Source of the DNA: an uncultured virus (IMG/VR IMGVR_UViG_3300037067_020175)
Lineage: Duplodnaviria > Heunggongvirae > Uroviricota > Caudoviricetes
Length of the DNA stretch: 64,000 nucleotides
Reading direction: 5' to 3' (one strand)
IMG/VR virus record: IMGVR_UViG_3300037067_020175
The notes beneath the pieces are model-generated. The model was given only the letters and a program-made list of their open reading frames with translations. It had not been told where the DNA came from and did not search any database. The translations under genes and the position numbers were made by a program. This document shows, one piece after another, positions 58,351-64,000 of this stretch (position 1 is the stretch's first letter; each line of letters starts with the position of its first letter).

Positions 58351-58603
58351 CTGGTAGTGGGGATAAAGTCTCCCGCGCGCATCTTCTCCCCAGCACACGC
58401 GCGGTGTTATCGACTTGTGGTAGTCATGACTTTACTCTATAACCACGTTAGACACTCCCACTACGCTTACACGCGGGAGAACGGGAACACCTCTTGCGTA
58501 GGAATTGCCATTGCACGTCCGTTTATCTTGATGACGGTGACAGGAACGGATAAGGCACCGGGGATTTATGGCGTACCAGACCTCTCACAGATGTAAGGCT
58601 GTG
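58351..58603 (-). ncRNA. Second unassigned structured RNA within the tRNA operon
   Basis: Stems CTGGTA/TACCAG, GCCAT/ATGGC, TCCGTT/AACGGA, TCTCCCGCGTGT/GCGCGCGGGAGA; possible pseudoknot TAAAGTC/GACTTTA. Confidence 0.5.
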
Positions 58604-58605
58604 GA

Positions 58606-58678
58606 TAGTTCCCGGAAGATTCGAACTTCCGTCGCGAGATCCAGAGTCTCGAATGCTTGACCACTACACTAGGGAACT
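58606..58678 (-). tRNA. tRNA-Gln(CTG)
   Basis: CGAGA CT-CTG-GA TCTCG; A1:U72 (archaeal type). Confidence 0.9.
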
Positions 58679-58693
58679 TCTTATAGCGCAGGA

Positions 58694-58764
58694 TTCCGGG
58701 AAACGGGGTTGCGCCGCTTCTTTAAGCTTATGAGGCTTGCATGCTGCTGTTACATCATCCCGGA
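58694..58764 (-). tRNA. tRNA-Met/Ile2(CAT)
   Basis: CAAGC CT-CAT-AA GCTTA; first gene after a TATA-like box near 58795. Confidence 0.8.
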
Positions 58765-58804
58765 TCTTGTGATCATAATGTTTGATGTGGTGGTATATAA
58801 CTGT

Positions 58805-59344
58805 TTACTTTTTTCGGTTTGTGTTCTTACCTTTGTATGTGTCTGTAAATGTATGGCAATTTGGACATAACAATTCCAAATTTTCGTCGGTGTTATTTGC
58901 AGTATCCCCATCTTTATGGTGACGTTCTAACGGGATTTTCTCTCCAAGCCAAGTTGTTCCATGACACCGTTCGCATTTGTGACCGCGCGTGAGAATCAAA
59001 TAAGTCTTGGTTGCACTTATACCCGGATTCTTCCCATTGCGTATTGTATCGGATACTAAATATATAGATTTACACTTTGGAGAACAGAATGTTTTTCTTT
59101 CACATCTGGCACCACATTGTTTGCAGAATTTTCTTTTATATCCGCGAGATATGTCATTAAAATTTTTAGAACACCTGTGTGAGCAAAATTCATTCTTGCG
59201 TTTGTCGTAAGAGAGTGGGGTTTTGCAATGTTTACATAGTTTTGGATTTAGATTATACTTCTTTATACGTTCCATCATTTGCAACTTGTGAGTTATAATC
59301 GAGTTTTCGTTTCCAAGCTTCTGCCCTTCTTTAGTCCATACCAT
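58805..59344 (-). CDS. HNH endonuclease with Cys-rich N-terminal modules
   Basis: CERC...LERHHKDGDTANNTDENLELLCPNCH. Confidence 0.88.
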   Translation of the reverse strand: MVWTKEGQKLGNENSIITHKLQMMERIKKYNLNPKLCKHCKTPLSYDKRKNEFCSHRCSKNFNDISRGYKRKFCKQCGARCERKTFCSPKCKSIYLVSDTIRNGKNPGISATKTYLILTRGHKCERCHGTTWLGEKIPLERHHKDGDTANNTDENLELLCPNCHTFTDTYKGKNTNRKK

Positions 59345-59448
59345 AATTCATATTTGATTACAATCTATATAAATTTATATGTAAATTGCACTCGTTAATC
59401 AACAGTGCTATGCAAGTGTTTATAAACCCTTTCATTCAATATGAGATC

Positions 59449-59901
59449 ATGTATTACTTGGAATCTCCGGACATTCTTCCGGTAGAAGTTCAGAAAAGCC
59501 TCTATCCGAGTCTGTTTTTGGCTGGAGGGATTAGTGGTTGTCCGGATTGGCAAAGCGAGATGGTTAAGAATCTCGAACTTACAGATTTTGTTGTTATGAA
59601 CCCGCGCAGAAAAGATTTCAATGTAAGAGACCCGAATGCGGCATTTAACCAGATACGATGGGAGCATGATCACTTGCGCGCGGCTGATATGATATCTTTC
59701 TGGTTCCCAAAAGAAACGTTGTGTCCAATAACCCTCTATGAACTTGGTGCGTGGTCTATGACAGACAAGCCGATATTCGTAGGTGTCCATCCGGAATATC
59801 AGAGAAAGGTTGATGTGGAATTACAGACAGAATTTAGAAGGTATGAAGTGGAAGTGGTTTACTCACTTGAAGATCTCGCTGAACAGATTATAGAGTATTA
59901 A
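59449..59901 (+). CDS. Nucleoside 2-deoxyribosyltransferase-like protein
   Basis: LFLAGGISGCPDWQ, MNPRR, QIRWE, PITLYELG. Confidence 0.8.
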   Translation: MYYLESPDILPVEVQKSLYPSLFLAGGISGCPDWQSEMVKNLELTDFVVMNPRRKDFNVRDPNAAFNQIRWEHDHLRAADMISFWFPKETLCPITLYELGAWSMTDKPIFVGVHPEYQRKVDVELQTEFRRYEVEVVYSLEDLAEQIIEY

Positions 59902-59918
59902 CAATCGGGTGTGTGTAA

Positions 59919-60773
59919 TTGAAGAAACGTATTTTTGTTGTCACCGATATCCACGGACGTTTGAGTGCTCTTAATGAAGTTCTCGATGCGGCTGGCTTTG
60001 ATAATTCGCGGGACTGGCTAATCACGCTTGGAGACGAATGTGACGGTGGAAGTAAAACAAAAGAAGTTATAGACCGCATCCTCGAAGTAGAGAACCGTAT
60101 AGACGTGCAGGGCAACCACGATTACTACTGGTTCCGTCCGTGGGCAATGTGGGATCGTGATGGTGGGGAGTTCCGACCACCGGAAACTGCTCACTGGGAG
60201 ACGCAAGGTGGTATCTGGACTGAGAAGTCATATGGCTTCAACCCTCACAACGTTCCGCAGGAACACAAGGACTATCTGAATGCGAAGATTCCCTATTACA
60301 TCGATAAAAAGAAGAATGCGTTTGTACATGGCGGGTTCAGGCAGAATGTTGCATTATCCAAACAGGAACCGAAATCCATCGCATGGGACAGGAAACTCCT
60401 GAAATATGCGCAAAATAGTCGTGTGCGCGGTTACAATTACGTGTTCGTGGGTCACACGTCAACTCAGTTCCACAAAAAGAAATCCGTGCATATAACCGAT
60501 GAGGGACAGGAATATGTTGCATACACTCCATGCACAGAGCCGGTCAAGTTCAACAACCTGATAATGTGCGACTGTGGGGCTGGATACACCGGTAGGCTAG
60601 CTCTGGTTAACGTAGAACATCCCGGAGAATACTGGTTATCGCAGTTTCAGGTGCCTAATTACGAACCGGAAGAGGTTGAACGTTATCGCATAGATGATGA
60701 TGGGTCTGACGACACCGAAGAGTTCGTGTGGGGAACAGGGTTCAAAGATAAGTTCGTTGACAGAATGGCTTGA
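59919..60773 (+). CDS. PPP/ApaH-like metallophosphoesterase
   Basis: DIHG, LGDECDGG, GNHD, FVHGG, GHT, DCGAG. Confidence 0.88.
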   Translation: MKKRIFVVTDIHGRLSALNEVLDAAGFDNSRDWLITLGDECDGGSKTKEVIDRILEVENRIDVQGNHDYYWFRPWAMWDRDGGEFRPPETAHWETQGGIWTEKSYGFNPHNVPQEHKDYLNAKIPYYIDKKKNAFVHGGFRQNVALSKQEPKSIAWDRKLLKYAQNSRVRGYNYVFVGHTSTQFHKKKSVHITDEGQEYVAYTPCTEPVKFNNLIMCDCGAGYTGRLALVNVEHPGEYWLSQFQVPNYEPEEVERYRIDDDGSDDTEEFVWGTGFKDKFVDRMA

Positions 60774-60901
60774 AAATCGGGTGAACGGGGTTGGTAGTGC
60801 AAAACTTTATTACCATTCTCACCAAATAAGACTGTTAAGAGAGGAAATAACCAAGATAATATCGGTTAATGACAAAATAACGTATATACGGAGACTAAAA
60901 C

Positions 60902-61747
60902 TTGGTGAAGCAATTGACAGAAACATGCAATGTAAATGAAATACCAATTTTGAAACGAAGATTACAGCAGCACGATAAAGTATATATTTATCCACTCTGC
61001 GATCTTCACTTTGGAGAAAAGAAAGCTTTTGATGAGAAGAAGTTTCGTGGGTATCTGAAAATTATCGCAGAGGTGGATGAAGCATACTGTCTATTCAACG
61101 GGGATCTCATAAATTGTGGACTGCCCGGAATGACTGGTGCTGAGAGCTTCTGGAGCCAAGACCCACTCACTCCTCAGGAACAGAATGATTGCCTCGTAGA
61201 TCTTGTGCGGGAATATGATATAAAGGACAAGATCCTTGCGATTGTCGGTGGGTCTAATCACCCCGCGCGAGCAAAGAAGCTGACCGGTCACGACTATGAC
61301 AAGCAATTCGCGCAGATGCTTGGGTTAGAGCACCTGTATAAAGAACCACTGTGCATACTATTCTTGGGTGTTGGTGCTCGTAAAACAGCAACCTCGACCC
61401 ACCATAAGGGCACATCCGTGTGGTACAGTATCGTTACTACTCACGGGTGGGCTGGTGGACGACAAGCGGGTTCGAGTATAAATTCTATCAGAGAGCTTGG
61501 TGCTGTCTACGGAGCTGATTGTCTTATCACTTCCCATAGGCATCTCGATGCCGGAAGTAAAGATGAGTTCTATGTTCCGGATTATCACAATAAATGCATC
61601 AACAAGATCAAGCGCATGTATGTGAACTCAGGGACGTTCATGAAGTATACCGGATATGCAATCGGTAAAGGATTAAGACCGAATGGGACAGGGACACCAC
61701 GGATTAGATTCGATGGAACAAAGAAGGACGTGCATGTATCAATCTAA
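60902..61747 (+). CDS. Calcineurin-like metallophosphoesterase
   Basis: DLHFG, NGDLIN, GSNH, THG, SHRH. Confidence 0.85.
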   Translation: MVKQLTETCNVNEIPILKRRLQQHDKVYIYPLCDLHFGEKKAFDEKKFRGYLKIIAEVDEAYCLFNGDLINCGLPGMTGAESFWSQDPLTPQEQNDCLVDLVREYDIKDKILAIVGGSNHPARAKKLTGHDYDKQFAQMLGLEHLYKEPLCILFLGVGARKTATSTHHKGTSVWYSIVTTHGWAGGRQAGSSINSIRELGAVYGADCLITSHRHLDAGSKDEFYVPDYHNKCINKIKRMYVNSGTFMKYTGYAIGKGLRPNGTGTPRIRFDGTKKDVHVSI

Positions 61748-61753
61748 AATTTT

Positions 61754-61972
61754 TTATCGACGTGCGTATATCAAATTTATCCCGACATTTCTAACAACGC
61801 GCGTGTGAGTGTATCCCTTCTCCCACTTCAACCAGTCGCGAACGCGCGTAGTGCATCTTTCCGTGGTTGCATATGCCACGAATTTGTATCTTTTATCGTC
61901 GAAGTATCTATAAGCTGGTGTGCACTCATCCCGGTGCAGCGAGTATGCCATATAGTATATTGGTATTTGCAA
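61754..61972 (-). CDS. Hypothetical protein
   Basis: 72-aa ORF filling an intergenic gap. Confidence 0.35.
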   Translation of the reverse strand: MQIPIYYMAYSLHRDECTPAYRYFDDKRYKFVAYATTERCTTRVRDWLKWEKGYTHTRVVRNVGINLIYARR

Positions 61973-62086
61973 TCCTATTTAAGTTTAACCATCATAGTAC
62001 AGTAGTAAACTGTGACATACAAAACCATTATAACCTTTAGCAGCACATATACTGATGTTACCTTTGGAAAGAAAGGTGGTGTTACT

Positions 62087-62551
62087 ATGGAAAGAAATCA
62101 TCATCATAGAAAGCCAAAGTTTTCGTTGTTTCGGTACGCCGTTCGTCTGGTGAGCAGACTCATCGGGTTACTAGCCGAGGCACTAGCCGTGTCCCTTGCA
62201 CTGTACTTGATTCTGGTATTGATCAAGCCTGAGCCACAAATTGGTATCGTAAAGGGAAACGTATTGCTCGGAGCCGAGCCTGTAGAGGGAGTAACTATGA
62301 CTCTCGTCAAGGACGAAGTTGTAGCTGCAAGTGTCCTCACGGCAGAAGACGGAAGCTTTGAATTCGATCCTGTAGCTATCGGATCGTACACTCTGAATGC
62401 ACACAAGGATGTGCCAGAGGGATACCTGACTGCAACCGAAGAGATTGAAGTCACGGGAGATGGCGTATCGGTCTCAGACTTGACACTGGAAAGATCACAT
62501 GCGTGGTGCATGCCCGGACACGGTAGATTCCACCCCATTCTTCGCAAGTAG
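62087..62551 (+). CDS. Membrane-anchored carboxypeptidase-regulatory-like domain protein
   Basis: TM then VKGNVLLGAEPVEGVTM...TAEDGSFEF...GSYTL. Confidence 0.7.
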   Translation: MERNHHHRKPKFSLFRYAVRLVSRLIGLLAEALAVSLALYLILVLIKPEPQIGIVKGNVLLGAEPVEGVTMTLVKDEVVAASVLTAEDGSFEFDPVAIGSYTLNAHKDVPEGYLTATEEIEVTGDGVSVSDLTLERSHAWCMPGHGRFHPILRK

Positions 62552-62597
62552 TGAACAATAAGTTCACTATTCGTGAACAAGTTCACTATTCGTGAAC
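62551..62597. repeat. Tandem 19-bp palindromic repeat between convergent genes
   Basis: AAGTTCACTATTCGTGAAC at 62560 and 62579; five alternating GTGAAC/GTTCAC half-sites. Confidence 0.85.
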
Positions 62598-63143
62598 AAA
62601 CATTTTTGATTCTCGTTGAAACTGTAAAAGTTCCCACTTGTTGGGTTTTAATCCTACAAGCTCTGGTCTGTTTATAGGGTTTAAACCCTTCCTAATGAGT
62701 TCCGTTGCATTTACAACAGCCGTGCACTTCTTACTCGAATGTGTGGTCTCGTAGAGTGGCAGCAGGTGTTTCGGGTCTACAACCTGAAAGTTTCCTATTC
62801 GTATGAACGGGATTTCCTCTATGAACAGGTCTAATAACACTTTCACCCGTTTCTTATCCCATTGAATGGTCTTGCCATACCTGTAGAAGTTCGGAGTATT
62901 ATACTTGGTGTAATACCGGTTGAACCCAGTCCCGCAAAGGATGTGGAAGAATTCTCTGGCTTTGCTTGGGATTATAAATAAATCGACATCTGAATGGTCA
63001 TGGTGACGTTTATCCTCGATGTGTGGTGGTGACATCATGTGCCACGCGAGCCCACCACTTACAACTACCGTATTGCCAAACCGTCTTACAGTGTCGATCT
63101 GTGCTAATAGTTTCTCTTGTTTCCATGTCATTATTTTTAACAC
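62586..63143 (-). CDS. Pol-beta superfamily nucleotidyltransferase
   Basis: SGGLAW...HHDHSDVDLF...LLDLF. Confidence 0.7.
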   Translation of the reverse strand: MLKIMTWKQEKLLAQIDTVRRFGNTVVVSGGLAWHMMSPPHIEDKRHHDHSDVDLFIIPSKAREFFHILCGTGFNRYYTKYNTPNFYRYGKTIQWDKKRVKVLLDLFIEEIPFIRIGNFQVVDPKHLLPLYETTHSSKKCTAVVNATELIRKGLNPINRPELVGLKPNKWELLQFQRESKMFVHE

Positions 63144-63238
63144 CTCTTTTGATATTACCTATTTGTAGTCTCTGTTTATAAACTCTCGCAGATCTCTTTT
63201 TATACGAAGAATGCGAATAGACTATCAAGGAGATTTAA

Positions 63239-63979
63239 ATGGCATATATGTTAGGAAAAAACCCGGCTAAACGAGACGCGCGCAATTTGCTCATGAAAAA
63301 TATTCTCACGAAAATTGTGGTGCCAACTTCGTATAATTTCGATGCAAAACACAAAGGCATTCCAACACCAATGTTCGCAAATGACAAACATGGAGATTGT
63401 GTTATTGCAGGACGTGCGCACCAGACATTACGTTTCGAGCGTCTCGAACAGAAGAACACTATTAAAATCACCGATGAAGATGTTCTGAAAGAATGGCGGA
63501 GAGAGAACGGAAATACAGAAAACGGGTTATATGTCATCGAATCACTCAAACTGTGGAGAAAAAGAGGGTGGACTGTAAACAAAAAGAATTATAAGATCAA
63601 AGCTTTTGCACAGGTTAACCCTAAGGATAAAGAAGAAATTAAGAATGCAATTTATCTTAATGTGGGTATTGGTATTGGGATGTCGATGCCGGACTCTTGG
63701 GAAAAGGAATGGGAATCTGGAAAACCGTGGGCGGATACCAGTATGTACCCGGATCCATATAGTGGACATTATGTATATATCGTTGGATACGATCCTGAGT
63801 ATCTTACATGCATAACGTGGGGAAGAAAACAAAAAATGACGTGGGGGTTCTTCCAGAAATATGTAGACGAGTCTTATGCAATAATCGATGCTCTAAATGC
63901 GAAGAAACTCAACGAAGAGAAAATCAACGAGTTCCTTGCAGATAAATCTCCTGTAGAATCCTTAATGCCGGATATCTGA
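63239..63979 (+). CDS. Papain-like (C1-type) cysteine protease
   Basis: NDKHGDCVIAG (Cys), GHYVYIVGYD (His), ITWG. Confidence 0.75.
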   Translation: MAYMLGKNPAKRDARNLLMKNILTKIVVPTSYNFDAKHKGIPTPMFANDKHGDCVIAGRAHQTLRFERLEQKNTIKITDEDVLKEWRRENGNTENGLYVIESLKLWRKRGWTVNKKNYKIKAFAQVNPKDKEEIKNAIYLNVGIGIGMSMPDSWEKEWESGKPWADTSMYPDPYSGHYVYIVGYDPEYLTCITWGRKQKMTWGFFQKYVDESYAIIDALNAKKLNEEKINEFLADKSPVESLMPDI

Positions 63980-64000
63980 TTACTATGGATGAAAAATCAT

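Noticed and set aside
55579..58596. Short + strand ORFs over the tRNA clusters and ligase
   Set aside because: They are antisense shadows of RNA genes and the ligase, without motifs or RBS.
57895..58603. RNase P RNA, SRP RNA or T-box for the two spacer RNAs
   Set aside because: GAGGAAAGUCC/P4, the SRP helix 8 motif and a full T-box sequence are not found by eye.
1..64000. Genome-wide stop-codon reassignment (UGA or UAG)
   Set aside because: Many coupled genes end in TGA or TAG, long ORFs are uninterrupted, and no CUA or UCA anticodon tRNA was found; the only internal stop I found is in aRF1.

Overview
This window is a 64-kb segment of a large virus or extrachromosomal element of an anaerobic archaeon, most plausibly a methanogen-type euryarchaeon. 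Archaeal markers: TTTAAATA TATA boxes with near-leaderless starts, GGTGA ribosome-binding sites, a tRNA intron with a strict bulge-helix-bulge (BHB) motif, C1:G72 tRNA-Tyr, tRNA-Arg(GCG), aRF1 and Pth2. Layout: (1) 1-14.4 kb is replication and nucleotide metabolism (radical-SAM RNR activase, ParB-MTase fusion, 1109-aa primase-polymerase/SF2-helicase fusion, PD-(D/E)XK nucleases, SSB-like, Rad52-like, SF2 helicase). (2) 14.4-46.6 kb is virion/surface genes: C-terminally anchored Cys-rich, PKD and PEGA proteins, a candidate major capsid protein with three small tandem paralogues, jelly-roll-like proteins, an SG-repeat fibre, beta-helix proteins, a trypsin-like protease and a glycosylation cassette. 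No terminase, portal or tail genes are recognisable. (3) 46.6-64 kb is a translation and tRNA-maintenance island: 23 conventional tRNA genes, one tRNA-like RNA with a 161-nt structured insert, two unassigned structured RNAs, aRF1, Pth2, a bacterial-type CCA enzyme, a DRB0094-type RNA ligase, an alarmone-hydrolase-like HD protein, phosphoesterases and HNH endonucleases. Most striking: the aRF1 gene is interrupted by a single in-frame UGA after a 29-codon leader and sits in one operon with Pth2 and a tRNA-Trp whose anticodon stem has only 4 bp, suggesting a readthrough-based autoregulatory termination circuit. All calls come from motif reading by eye; no database searches were run.
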